Of a stretch of 64,000 nt of DNA, positions 1 to 11,547 are shown in pieces. The translations under genes and the position numbers were made by a program. The DNA is from Narcine bancroftii (lineage: Eukaryota), in the NCBI RefSeq assembly GCF_036971445.1, contig NC_091474.1:28892001-28956000 (forward strand), written 5' to 3'. Under the pieces are notes generated by a model. That model was not told where the DNA came from, searched no databases, and worked only from the letters and a program-made list of their open reading frames with translations. Position 1 is the stretch's first letter; each line of letters begins with the position of its first letter.

Positions 1-42
1 TGGGGGTCGGGCTCACAAGGTCCCAGGGAAGAGGGGATGGAG

Positions 43-160
43 TCCCGGACACTTACACATAGGCGTGGTAGACGAATGCCCAGCCGGGATTTGGGGTACC
101 GGAGGGCAGGGGGGGGTGGGGATCCCGGACACTCACACGTAGACTAACGCCCAGCCGGGG
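43..160 (-). other. Two duplicated copies of the KCNQ2 exon-1 3' end plus splice donor
   Basis: Minus strand 85-51 reads GGCTGGGCATTCGTCTACCACGCCTATGT|GTAAGT ([10 protein letters not shown]); 156-131 reads GGCTGGGCGTTAGTCTACGT|GTGAGT. Both are followed by GTCCGGGA, as at the true donor. Confidence 0.85.
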
Positions 161-1960
161 CGTCGGGGGTGCCGGAGGGCAGGGGGGGCGTCGGGGGTGC
201 CGGAGGGCAGGGGGGGCGTCGGGGGTGCCGGAGGGCAGGGGGGGCGTCGGGGGTGCCGGAGGGCAGGGGGGCGTCGGGGGTGCCGGAGGGCAGGGGGGGC
301 GTCGGGGGTGCCGGAGGGCAGGGGGGGCGTCGGGGGTGCCGGAGGGCAGGGGGGGCGTCGGGGGTGCCGGAGGGCAGGGGGGGCGTCGGGGGTGCCGGAG
401 GGCAGGGGGGGCGTCGGGGGTGCCGGAGGGCAGGGGGGGCGTCGGGGGTGCCGGAGGGCAGGGGGGGCGTCGGGGGTGCCGGAGGGCAGGGGGGGCGTCG
501 GGGGTGCCGGAGGGCAGGGGGGGCGTCGGGGGTGCCGGAGGGCAGGGGGGGCGTCGGGGGTGCCGGAGGGCAGGGGGGGCGTCGGGGGTGCCGGAGGGCA
601 GGGGGGGCGTCGGGGGTGCCGGAGGGCAGGGGGGGCGTCGGGGGTGCCGGAGGGCAGGGGGGGCGTCGGGGGTGCCGGAGGGCAGGGGGGGCGTCGGGGG
701 TGCCGGAGGGCAGGGGGGGCGTCGGGGGTGCCGGAGGGCAGGGGGGGCGTCGGGGGTGCCGGAGGGCAGGGGGGGCGTCGGGGGTGCCGGAGGGCAGGGG
801 GGGCGTCGGGGGTGCCGGAGGGCAGGGGGGGCGTCGGGGGTGCCGGAGGGCAGGGGGGGCGTCGGGGGTGCCGGAGGGCAGGGGGGGCGTCGGGGGTGCC
901 GGAGGGCAGGGGGGGCGTCGGGGGTGCCGGAGGGCAGGGGGGGCGTCGGGGGTGCCGGAGGGCAGGGGGGGCGTCGGGGGTGCCGGAGGGCAGGGGGGGC
1001 GTCGGGGGTGCCGGAGGGCAGGGGGGGCGTCGGGGGTGCCGGAGGGCAGGGGGGGCGTCGGGGGTGCCGGAGGGCAGGGGGGGCGTCGGGGGTGCCGGAG
1101 GGCAGGGGGGGCGTCGGGGGTGCCGGAGGGCAGGGGGGGCGTCGGGGGTGCCGGAGGGCAGGGGGGGCGTCGGGGGTGCCGGAGGGCAGGGGGGGCGTCG
1201 GGGGTGCCGGAGGGCAGGGGGGGCGTCGGGGGTGCCGGAGGGCAGGGGGGGCGTCGGGGGTGCCGGAGGGCAGGGGGGGCGTCGGGGGTGCCGGAGGGCA
1301 GGGGGGGCGTCGGGGGTGCCGGAGGGCAGGGGGGGCGTCGGGGGTGCCGGAGGGCAGGGGGGGCGTCGGGGGTGCCGGAGGGCAGGGGGGGCGTCGGGGG
1401 TGCCGGAGGGCAGGGGGGGCGTCGGGGGTGCCGGAGGGCAGGGGGGGCGTCGGGGGTGCCGGAGGGCAGGGGGGGCGTCGGGGGTGCCGGAGGGCAGGGG
1501 GGGCGTCGGGGGTGCCGGAGGGCAGGGGGGGCGTCGGGGGTGCCGGAGGGCAGGGGGGGCGTCGGGGGTGCCGGAGGGCAGGGGGGGCGTCGGGGGTCCC
1601 GGAGGGCAGGGGGGGACGGGGGTCCCGGAGGGCAGGGGGGGACGGGGGTCCCGGAGGGCAGGGGGGGACGGGGGTCCCGGAGGGCAGGGGGGGACGGGGG
1701 TCCCGGAGGGCAGGGGGGGAACGGGGGTCCCGGAGGGCAGGGGGGGAACGGGGGTCCCGGAGGGCAGGGGGGGAACGGGGGTCCCGGAGGGCAGGGGGGG
1801 ACGGGGGTCCCGGAGGGCAGGGGGGGAACGGGGGTCCCGGAGGGCAGGGGGGGGACGGGGGTCCCGGAGGGCAGGGGGGGGGACGGGGGTCCCGGAGGGC
1901 AGGGGAGGGAGGACGACGACGACGGGGTCCCGGAAGGCAGGGGGGGGACGGGGTCCCGGA
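157..1960. repeat. G-rich minisatellite in KCNQ2 intron 1 (28-bp unit GGGGGGGCGTCGGGGGTGCCGGAGGGCA, then 26-27-bp variants)
   Basis: About 50 near-perfect 28-bp units (157 to about 1600), followed by about 13 variant units GGGGGGGACGGGGGTCCCGGAGGGCA adjacent to the exon. Confidence 0.97.
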
Positions 1961-1967
1961 CACTCAC

Positions 1968-2272
1968 ACGTAGGCGTGGTAGACGAACGCCCAGCCCCGG
2001 GGTCGCTCCAGCACGTTGTACATGAAGTTCTGCAGCTTCCTGTAAAAGGCCGTCCTCTTCGGGCGTCTGCCGGCGCCGGAGCGCGGCTTGCCCGGCCCCT
2101 GGTCGCATGGCGGTCCGTCGCCGCCGGCGATCAGCAGCGCCCCGTCCCGGGTGCAGGAGGGGTCGGAGCCGCCGGGCGCCTCGGCCGCGCCGTTGATGCC
2201 CACGAAACCCACCCGCAGCCTCCTGTCGCCGGGCCCGACTCCGGCCTCGCCGCGCTGCCCTTTCTGCACCAT
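1968..2272 (-). CDS. KCNQ2: First coding exon of voltage-gated potassium channel Kv7.2 (KCNQ2)
   Basis: Translation MVQKGQRGE...RLRVGFVG...[10 protein letters not shown]...[32 protein letters not shown] matches the vertebrate KCNQ2 N-terminus (MVQK start, [10 protein letters not shown] motif, KCNQ pre-S1 helix). The exon ends TAC GT|GTGAGT, a phase-2 donor at 1967, which is the conserved KCNQ exon-1 boundary. Confidence 0.95.
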
Positions 2273-2620
2273 GCTGGGCTCTCGGCCACCTGCCCATTCC
2301 CCGGGGTCATGCCGTGCGTGCGCCCGTCGGCCGGCCGCTCCTCTCCGGGGGCTGGGGGGCTCGGCTCACCCCTCCTCTCCTCCCCTCCCCACCCCCGGGT
2401 TGCACACAATGCAAGGCAGCAGCAGCCGCGGCTGCGCGCATGAGCATCCCCGGCGGTCCGGGCAGCCGTCCCACGCACGCGCAATCCCTGTAGCCGTTTT
2501 GCGCATGTGTATCCCCAGCGAGCCGTCTATCCGTGACTACGTACTGCAGCCGGCAGCCCGGAACACCTAAACTCCTCTCTGCTCGGCCCATCCAGCCGCG
2601 GCTAGCCCTCGAGGTATTGT
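2273..2620 (-). promoter_or_regulatory. CpG-island 5'UTR/proximal promoter of KCNQ2
   Basis: GC- and CpG-rich sequence directly upstream of the ATG, with GC boxes and NRF1-like motifs (TGCGCGCATG near 2433, TGCGCATGTG near 2500). GC content drops abruptly after about 2610. Confidence 0.6.
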
Positions 2621-2645
2621 CAAGTTTATTGTCCTAGTCAATTTC

Positions 2646-2782
2646 CATACCTTGATGAAGGACTCAAACCCGAAACGTTGTTATCTTTGGTACATAAAGA
2701 ACACTGTTTGACCTGCTGAGTTTCTCCAGCATCGTGGTTTTTGCTCCAGCCACCTTGTCTGCAGACTTTTGTGTTTTTCTTC
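2646..2782 (+). mobile_element. Penelope-like pseudo-LTR with minimal hammerhead ribozyme motif
   Basis: CATACC-TTGATGA-AGGACTCAAACCC-GAAACGTT-GTTAT followed by the family tail TTTGACCTGCTGAGTTTCTCCAGCAT...TCTGCAGACTTT. The same repeat recurs about 11 times in the window. Confidence 0.7.
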
Positions 2783-2921
2783 ACAATACTCTAAATCAGT
2801 CATTTTTAATGGGGGTCCTATAGACCCCTGGGGTGTGGGGGGGGGTGGTCACAGCACATTGAAGTAAAAACCTTGTTTTCACCTCAAGGAACATAAATAT
2901 TTATAATGTAGTCAGTAAGAG

Positions 2922-3628
2922 GATTTTTCAGTTGGTTGTTTTTCCAGACTCTTTTGTGTAGTCTTCCAAAGGCGCTATTTGCCTTGGCGAGTCTATACAG
3001 AGCCGTTATCATACCCACACTCCTGTTCGGCTCCGAATCATGGGTCCTCTTCCGGCATCACCTACGGCTCCTAGAACGCTTCCACCAGCGTTGTCTCCGC
3101 TCCATCCTCAACATTCATTGGAGCGACTTCATCCCTAACATCGAAGTACTCGAGATGGCAGAGGCCGACAGCATCGAATCCACGCTGTTGAAGATCCAAC
3201 TGCGCTGGATCCACGTCTCCAGAATGGAGGACCATCGCCTTCCCAAGATCGTGTTATATGGCGAGCTCTCCACTGGCCATCGTGTCAGAGGTGCACCAAA
3301 GAAGAGGTACAAGGACTGCCTAAAGAAATCTCTTGGTGCCTGCCACATTGACCACCGCCTGTGGGCTGATATCGACTCAAACCGCGCATCTTGGCGCCTC
3401 ACAGTTCGGTGGGCAGCAACCTCCTTTGAAGAAGGCCGCAGAGCCCACCTCACTGACAAAAGACAAAGGAGGAAAAACCCAACACCCAACCCCAACCAAC
3501 AAATTTTCCCCTGCAACCGTGTCTCCCTGTCCCGCATCGGACTTGTCAGCCACAAACGAGCCTGCAGCTGACGTGGACATTTACCCCTCCATAAATCTTC
3601 GTCCGCGAAGCCAAGCCAAAGAAAGAAA
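2922..3628 (+). mobile_element. 5'-truncated RTE-clade LINE with 5' inversion
   Basis: RT C-terminal ORF (YRAVIIPTLLFGSESW...SRIGLVSHKRACS), GAAA tail, inverted segment at about 2922-2994, and TSD AGTC(A/G)GTAAGAG at 2910-2921 and 3629-3640. Confidence 0.92.
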
Positions 3629-4409
3629 AGTCGGTAAGAGAGAAGTACAGAAAAATGTGAATACTTCACAGGGAAGGGTACCCAAAACTGAACAGAGTCC
3701 TGGGGGGGGGGGGGGGGGAGGAGTCAAAATAAGGCTGAGAATACCTCACACTTTACTGAGTTAAATTCCATATGCCATTCCTTGGTCCCTCATTCCCATT
3801 TCTATCCTTTTGAAATATTATGACTCTTTATCCTGTCTGTGGCCTTCATAGTTTTAAGAAGCACTGAGACCACCCTCAAACTCATTATTCCCAACCTTCA
3901 TCCATGCTGTCAAAGAACAGAGCAGACCATGATCCTTATCACGAACATGAAGGCAGAGTGATGCAGCAGGTAATGCTGACTTTCCTATTCCCTGTGACCA
4001 CTTGGGATTCCCCTTGGTACTTCAGTTCCCTCCCACATCCCGAATATGTTAGGGTCAGTGGGTTAATTGTCTCTGTGAATCCCCCATAGTGTGCATAGGT
4101 GAGGGGTAGCAACCAGATCCACATGCTCCCAGCTGCCTGTTATCAAAGCTTCCTGAACCTGCACCTCTCCATCTCCCCCTCCTCTACAAGTGAACCTTTA
4201 AAAGCTCCCACGGTGACCAGATTTTGTCATCTGTCTATTCTCACAAGTGAAAGGAGTCAGAAAGTGGGGAACAACAGGCCAGTGAGCCTGTCATGAGATA
4301 AACATTAAAGACTTTATAGCAGTGGACTCAGAAAAATTCAAGGCAGTCTAACAATGTTATATACTTCAATATAAGAGAAAAATCCTCTCTTTGCAAAGTC
4401 ACAGTGATA

Positions 4410-4860
4410 TCAAGTTCATGTTTATATCATCCAATTGTACAAGTACAGCCAAATAAAACACGTTTTTCAGTCCTCAGTGCAAAAACATGCAAACACACGT
4501 ACAGACTTAACACATATACAAACAATACATTTGCAGTACATATATATAAATCAAATAAATTTTGTTAAATGAATAGTATTGTCTCAGAGGATTCATCAGT
4601 CATTCACTGCCCGTAAGAAGAAACTGTTCCTCAGCCTAATGGTGCTGGCTCTGATACTCCTGTATCTCATCCCCAACAGGAACAGCTGAAGGTTGCTGTG
4701 TGTGGGGTGGAAAAGGTCGTCAATGATTTTGCGCACCCTCTTCAGACGACTGTCCCGATAGATCACATTGCTGGGGGGGAGGGAGACTCCAGTGATCTTC
4801 TCTGCCACTCTTACGGTCCTGTGGATTGATCTCTGAGCGCTGCAGCAACCATACCAGAGA
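4410..4860 (-). mobile_element. Rex1/Babar-like LINE 3' fragment
   Basis: Degenerate peptide KIIDDLFHPTHSNLQL...RYRSIRASTIRLRNSFF; homologous to the copy at 59245-59730. Confidence 0.65.
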
Positions 4861-5761
4861 TGGTAACATAATTTTACCAGTGTGAGGTTTGTTCAGGAGC
4901 CTGATAACAGCAGGAAGGAAACTGTCCTTGTATCTGGTGGTATGTGATCTTACATGCATGAATCTTTTGCCTGACAAGGGTGGGGGGTAGTGAAGAGAGG
5001 GTGACTGGGGTTGAATAAGTCTTTTAATTTGTCGGCTGCATTTCCAAGGCTGTCCGAGTCGATGGATTGGGGGAAGGTGTATGTGAGAGGGTCTGGGCCA
5101 CATTCACAACTCTACAGCTTCTTGTGGTCTTGGATGGACCAGTTCCCATCCAATGCAGTGGCGCACCCTGGCAGGATGCTTTCCATGAGACGCTTGTAGA
5201 AGTTGTGAAGGGATGCAGGGGACATGCAGATTTCCTTGACTGGAAATCAAAGGTGCAACAAAGGTTATTGTAGAAAATAAAAATCCAGAGTGTAGGAGGT
5301 AACAATTTGTCATGAACAGGACATATGCTGAGTAACAGGAAACAGAATGGGTATAAATGGGTATGTTCAGGTTGGCAAGCTTTTTTACATTTTAATTTTT
5401 TTTTAAATTTTAGACATACAACACAGTAAGAAGCCTTTCCAGTCCATGGGCCTGGGCTGCCCAGTTGACTTACAACCCCAGTACGTTTTGAAGAGTGGGA
5501 GGAAACCAGAGCATCCAAAGGAACCCCACTCAGAAATGTTCCTTAGGGATTGGTGATGAGACCTCAGCTTGGGTGTAATTGGGCAGCATGGGCACGTGGA
5601 CCAAAAGGGCCAGTTACCATGTTGTATGTCTAAATATTTTTTTGATTAAAGCTTCTTACTATATCTTTAATTGACAGCACAGAAAATATTATTGATAAAT
5701 CTGCTGATTGCTCGAAGATGGTGAGCTGTGAAGAGGGTGTAAGGAGGTTAGAGAGGGATAT

Positions 5762-6290
5762 GTTCAAAGGTTCCTTTTATTGTCACTGAACAATACATTA
5801 AAATGTAACATAGATGATCATTAGGCAAACACAGAGTCGCCATGAGAATTGCCGTCACCCTAACAAAAGGTGAAAGAGAAGCAAAGGAAAGTTTCTTCAG
5901 AAGCGCTGAGTGTCCGTGGCTTTGCCTCCAGCGCTCCCACAGCCTCTGCAGCCGAACAGATTCCTGTTCAATCCATCAGCAGCCTGAGCTCCAGATCCAA
6001 ACCTCCGACATGATCAGGAAACCTGCAGCTCCTGAGGTCCTTCAGGAGCCTTTCTTGTCCTCAGCACCCACTTGAATTCCGGATCCAATACCTGGTTCCC
6101 ATGATTTGGTCTCCAGCAGCCCGTAGCCTATCCAGATCCCCCACCCGCAGGTTGCCCGCAAACTGTGTGCGACTCTCAGCCATTGAGCCCCTCACTGGTC
6201 CGTCGCCGTGTTCACCACCCTGGAGGATCGTCTTCTCTGCTCCTCCTTCTCAACATTGGGGGGGGAGGGGGCTATTCTTTCCATTTCTGT
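5762..6290. repeat. Unclassified interspersed repeat (copies also at about 23090-23640 inverted and about 55275-55470)
   Basis: Shared blocks such as CCTTTATTG...AGAGAAGCAAAG...TTTGCCTCCAG and CCTGAGCTCC.GATCCAAACCTCCGA recur at the other loci; this copy interrupts a CR1 remnant. Confidence 0.55.
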
Positions 6291-6370
6291 TGGTTATGGA
6301 TAGGTCAAGTAAGGAGATAAACATAACAAAATGGAGCATAATGTGGAAAATGTGAAATTGTACACTTTAG

Positions 6371-8281
6371 ATGAGGAGTATAAAATTAATTTATTTGCTG
6401 ATGACGTATTGGTGTATTTAATAAACCCAGCTCAGTCACTTTTGCATTTGAAGGAATGTTTAATACAATATGGATGTCTTTCTGGATATAAAGTTAATTG
6501 GGAAAAAAGTGAAATATTACCGGTAAGTGAAGGAGATTATTCAGTTTATAAGAATATTATTAATTTGAAGTGGACTGATCGAATTAAATATCTGGGTATA
6601 ATTTTGAATGTTAATTATCAATCTTTATATAAATTAAATTATGCTCCGTTAATGAAAAAAATTAAAACTGATTTGATTAAATGGAAAGATTTACCTATTA
6701 ATTTATTGGGTAGGATAAATACAATTAAGATGAATATCTTTCCGCGTATACAATATTTGTTTCAATCTATTCCGTATTTACTTGTTAAAAAATTTTTTCG
6801 AGATTTGAATAAAATGGTTAGGGAGTCTTTATGGAGGGGTAAATTTTCGAGAGTAGCTTTGAATAAATTAACTTGGAAATATGAGTTGGGGGAATACGTT
6901 TAACACATTTTCAAAATTATTATGAAGCAGCCCAACTTAAATTTATTAGTTCATTGATGGATTTGGTACAGCCTCCTAGTTGAGCTAAAATTGAGATGGC
7001 AAGTATTTCTGAATTTGAAATACATCAATTTTTGTTTAGGTGGAATATAAATTTGTTACAACAATATAATGTGCCTATACTAAAACATTTAATGAAATTA
7101 GGGATAAAGAAAAATAAAATGATAGGCTCCAGGGATAAATTATTGGCTTTGACTCCGTTGTATAATAATCAACTTATTTCTTTTTCAATACATAATCAAA
7201 GTTTATTGCATTGGAGATTTAAAGGTGTGAAAAATTTGGGAGATTATTTTAAAGAGGGTAAGTTTTTATCTTTTAATCAGATGAGAGAAGATTTTGGTAT
7301 TGATAAGAATTCTTTATTTCTTTATTATCAAATTTGATCTTTGGCAAAATGTATGTTTGGTAGAGAGATGATTTTACCTAAAATGACTAAATTTGAGACT
7401 TTTCTTATGAAGGTACCAGAGAAGGGTTATATCTATGAATCAAATATTACAGGATGGTATGGATAAAAAGGATTGGGATAGATCTAAAATTAAATGGGAA
7501 GCGGATATTGGTTTTATTTTTTCTCAAGATGATTGGTTAGATATCTGTTATGATAGTGTAACTGGATTGATGAATGCATGTTATGTAATGATTAATTACA
7601 ATTTTTTACATCAATTATATTGACACCTGAAAAATTTTTAAAAATATGGTTTTAATGAATCAGATTTGTATTTTAGATGTGGTAATACGGTTGGAACTTT
7701 TTTTCATGCTGTTTGGTCATGTATACATATACAATCTTTTTGGAAGAAAATTCAGTCATTTTTAGAATACCTGTGTAAGATTAAAATAGTTTTAGATCCA
7801 ACAGTATTTTTATTGGGTAGTTTGCAACCTCTGAAAGGTTTGGGATTAGATAAGTTCCAGCTTGCTTTTGTATATTTAGCTTTATCCATAGTGAAAAAAT
7901 GTATTGCTAGTACGTGGAAAGATACAAAAATGATTGATATTAATAGATGGCATAATGAGATTAAATATTGTTTAATAATGGGAAAAAATTACATATGTTT
8001 CACATGATCATTATAATTTTTTTATTAATAAGTGGCTGTTATACTTGGAATATTTACATTTCAATTTATATTGACTAGATTTTAATATGTATATTTAACT
8101 TTTTCTTTAATATTCTTTCTTTTTTCTTTTTTTTATGGCTCTCCTTAGGAGAATTGGCTGAAGGGGGTTTCTTTTCTTTTTTTCTTTTTTCTATATAAAA
8201 AAAGTTCATGTTTATGTTTAAGTGCTGCATATGTCATATATTATTTGTTTTTTGAATGAATAAATAAAGTTGTTTTTTTTT
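6371..8281 (+). mobile_element. 5'-truncated AT-rich L1/Tx1-type LINE (ORF2 RT to Cys-rich end), degenerate
   Basis: Peptides INLFADDVLVY, LSGYKVNWEKSE, IKYLGI, GRINTIKMNIFPR and FRCG...FFHAVWSC; AATAAA tail; 16-bp TSD AAATTGTACACTTTAG at 6355-6370 and 8282-8297. Confidence 0.92.
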
Positions 8282-8297
8282 AAATTGTACACTTTAG

Positions 8298-8985
8298 CAG
8301 GAAAAATAAAAACCAAAACATATCTAAATGTTGAGATACAGACAGACAAGTGTAGGATTTGAGTGTCTGAATCTGCAAGAGGTTAGTATGTGTGTTCAGC
8401 AAATAATTAGTAAACTTTGGAGAACAATATTATCCATTCTACTGGGGAGGAACGTAAAAGGAGGGGACGTCTGCTTCATTTATCCAGAGAGCCAAAACAA
8501 ACAGCTGGATGAGCAGTATATGAGGAGGCAAAGGGATGGTCAAGGGCTCCACCACCTTCTCAAGGGCAAAGTTAGCAGAGCTGGGACTTTTCTCTTTTGA
8601 GCATAGAAAGATGGGAGGAGACTTAATAGAGGTCCACAAGATTATGAGAGGGATAGACAGGTTGGACAGCCAGCACCAGTTTCCCAGACCAGACGACATG
8701 TGTACAAAGTGAAGAGAGTGAAGGTTAAGGGAGACATCAAGGGGAAGTTTTTTTTTACACAGAGTAGTGGGTGCCTGGAATGCCTTGCCAGGGATGGTGG
8801 TGGAGGCTGAAAGATTAGAGACATAGAAGAAAGAGACTCTTAAACAGGCACATGGATGAAGGAAAAATAGAGGGTTAAAGGGTAGGGAGAGTTTAGTACT
8901 TTTTTGTTATGGAATACATGGGTCATCACAACATCAAGGGCCGAAGGGCCTAAACAGTGCTGTAGTGTTTGATGTCTTATGTTCT
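8298..8985 (+). mobile_element. CR1 LINE 3' fragment (host of the L1 above; 5' part at about 5700-5760 and 6293-6370)
   Basis: CR1-type 3' sequence GGAGACTTAATAGAGGTCCACAAGATTATGAGAGGGATAGACAGG...TTTTTTACACAGAGTAGTGGGTGCCTGGAATGCCTTGCCA. Confidence 0.8.
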
Positions 8986-9659
8986 AATTGGGTGGCACAG
9001 GTTTAAATGGCTAGGATTGGTTTCTACACTTTTGTAAATTTTTTACAAAATTTAAAAGAGATACAGTTCAGCGGAAGCTAGATTAACACACAAGGACCAA
9101 GCATGGGGGTGGAGTGAAATATGAAGGTGATTGGGCATAAATGCTGTCAGGAATCGGTTGAGCCAAAAGTCCTGATGCTCCAAACGTTCTGTCATGATTG
9201 TTCTGAAATCATCAAGAATTGGAGAGCAGGGACGTCTCAGAGATGCATCATTGACTCTCAGAGAAAAGGTCAGTGTTGAGATTGGAAAGGACATTGTCAT
9301 GAATCAACTAATCAGGGCAGAAAAAGTCTGTGTTCTCCAGATGGCAATTCATCACAGGCTTTTTAGATATACAGATAAATAACATCTAGCCAGGTTTTAA
9401 AGTTAGGGGGAGCGAGCACATAAAAAAGGCACCTCCACACCTACCAGATGATGAGTCAATGGTTGAATGGTGGGCCATGCTGAGCTTTCAGCGTCAGCAG
9501 ATGAGAGGGTTGGCGGCGGTAGACCTGGAGTGGGGGGGGGGGGGGGTGGAGGCACCACTTTTGAAAAATGTGTTCATGGGGAGTTGCATCCCCATCCCTA
9601 GCTTTTCCACTGCTACCTCGTAACTTATGTCCACCCCCTCTTATCATCTCTTCAAATAA

Positions 9660-10380
9660 GCATTGATGTGGACCTCCTTTGCTGAAATTCACCAACACAT
9701 GTTTTGGTCTTGTTCATCCTTAGAAAACTATTGGAAAAAAATTTTTAATATCTTCTCAACTATACTCCAGGTTGAGCTACGACCCAATCCAATAACTGCT
9801 CTTTTCAGAGTTACTGTCTGAGACATAGAGAGTTTTTCTGTACCTGTTCAACGGGTTGTGGCCTTCTCTTCATTCAAATGGAAAGGCTCTCGACCTCCAA
9901 CAGTGTTTCAATGGTTTTCTCATATTATGTCCTGTCTAAGCCTAGAAAAAAAATTAGATATCACGTATTTGATTCACTGGTGAAATTTGAAGATATCTGA
10001 CGACCTTTTATGTCTTATTTTCATATGATGTAAATGTTTCTAATCTGATTAGATGTATTTACTCTTCTAGATGAGAGATAGTCTTACCTTTGTTTTTTGA
10101 TTTACGGTAGGAACCAAAAACTACAAAATATGTAACCCTCAGGATAAGCTGCTCACCTGTTTTTGTTAGTATTTTTTTATTAGAGTAGGTTAAGTGGGGA
10201 TTTTTATATAATACTTTTGTTGGTTTTTTAAATTTTCATCCATTGCCATTGGAGGCGGGGGGGAAACCGAGTTTATACTGTTTGATGATTTATCTTATTT
10301 TATATATATGTATGTGACATTGTACTTTCAGTTTTGTTCCATTTTCTTCTAAAAACCAATAAAAAAAGATTGAAAAGAGA
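9660..10380 (+). mobile_element. L1-type ORF2 3' end remnant and 3'UTR
   Basis: HMFWSCSSLENYWK-like Cys/His knuckle at about 9696, T-rich UTR, AATAAA plus A-rich tail at about 10358. Confidence 0.55.
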
Positions 10381-10519
10381 ATATTTTTGAAAGTGAGACC
10401 ATTTTCTTTCACTTTCTCTTTTATCGGGATTCCAGTTTTTTAAAATTCTCCCAGATACCTTCTTTGTCCTGCTTTGATTACAATTACTGATTCCTGTCTT
10501 CCTGTCATGGGGCCTCCGT

Positions 10520-11075
10520 GTCGATGCAATCATGAAGAAGGCTCACAAGCGGCTATACTTCATGAGGAGTTTGAGGAGATTTGTTATGTCACCAAAGATT
10601 CTTGCAGATTTCTACAGATGTACCATGGAGAGCATTCTGACTGTTTGTGTCACTGTCTAGTATGGAGATGCCAATGCACAGGACAGGAAAAAGACTACAG
10701 AGAGTTGGGAACTCATTTAGCGCCATCATGAGCTCCAGTCATCACTCCATTGAGGAGATCTATAAGAGACAATGTCTTAAGAAAGCAGCCTCTACCCTCA
10801 AGGACCCTCACCACCCAGGCCATGCCCTTTTCACACTGCTACCATCAGGAAGGATGTACAGGAGCCTGAAGACGAACACCCAATGTTACAAAAACAGCTT
10901 CTTCCCCTCCGCCATCAGATTTCTGAATGAACAATGAATCGCAGACACTACCTCACTTTCTCCTATTTTCATACGCTATTTATTTATTTTTAAAATATAA
11001 TTTATAGAAATACTTGCTCCGTGACGCTGCTCCATAATAACAAATGTGTGTCATGTTCATGAGAGGGAGTTCTGA
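10520..11075 (+). mobile_element. Rex1/Babar-like LINE 3' fragment
   Basis: Peptide CLKKAASTLKDPHHPGHALFTLLPSGRMYRSLKTNTQCYKNSFFPSAIRFLN. Confidence 0.8.
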
Positions 11076-11547
11076 TTTGAAATGCCACCTCTCAAATGTA
11101 CAGATGCAAGCCATCCAAATCTGGGCACTTACCCTCTGTGAGTTGGATAATTTTATTTAACATTTGTCATCTTCCAGTCATTTCAAACCTTGAATTCCCA
11201 CCTGAATTATTCCTTTGTTGAAGACTGAAGCAATGTAATTAATTACTTTAGATCACCGTGTCTGCTGTTTTACTATCCACCCCCTCCATACTCCATTCCC
11301 AACTTAACTTTTCTGGTTTCACCTATGTTCCTGTAAATTATTTCAGAACTTGTTCAACAATTCCTGATATTATTCCTCTTTGACTTCATTGCAGTTTACA
11401 TTAGAAGGTTACATTAGAACACTACTGCACAATACAGGCCCTTGGTTCCTCCATTTTGTGCCAACCAATATATTCCTAAAAGAAAAAAAATACTAAACCA
11501 TCTCTACCTCGTAACCCTCTATTTTTCTTCCATCCATGTACCTGTCT

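Noticed and set aside
53-1963. Readthrough extension of KCNQ2 exon 1, in frame to the duplicated [10 protein letters not shown]
   Set aside because: It requires readthrough of the TGA inside the donor site; the frame depends on the repeat count (28 is not a multiple of 3), so there is a one-in-three chance of coincidence.
53-2443. Five 580-750 aa Pro/Gly/Arg-rich ORFs
   Set aside because: They are translations of the stop-free 28-bp minisatellite in several frames and lie mostly in KCNQ2 intron 1.
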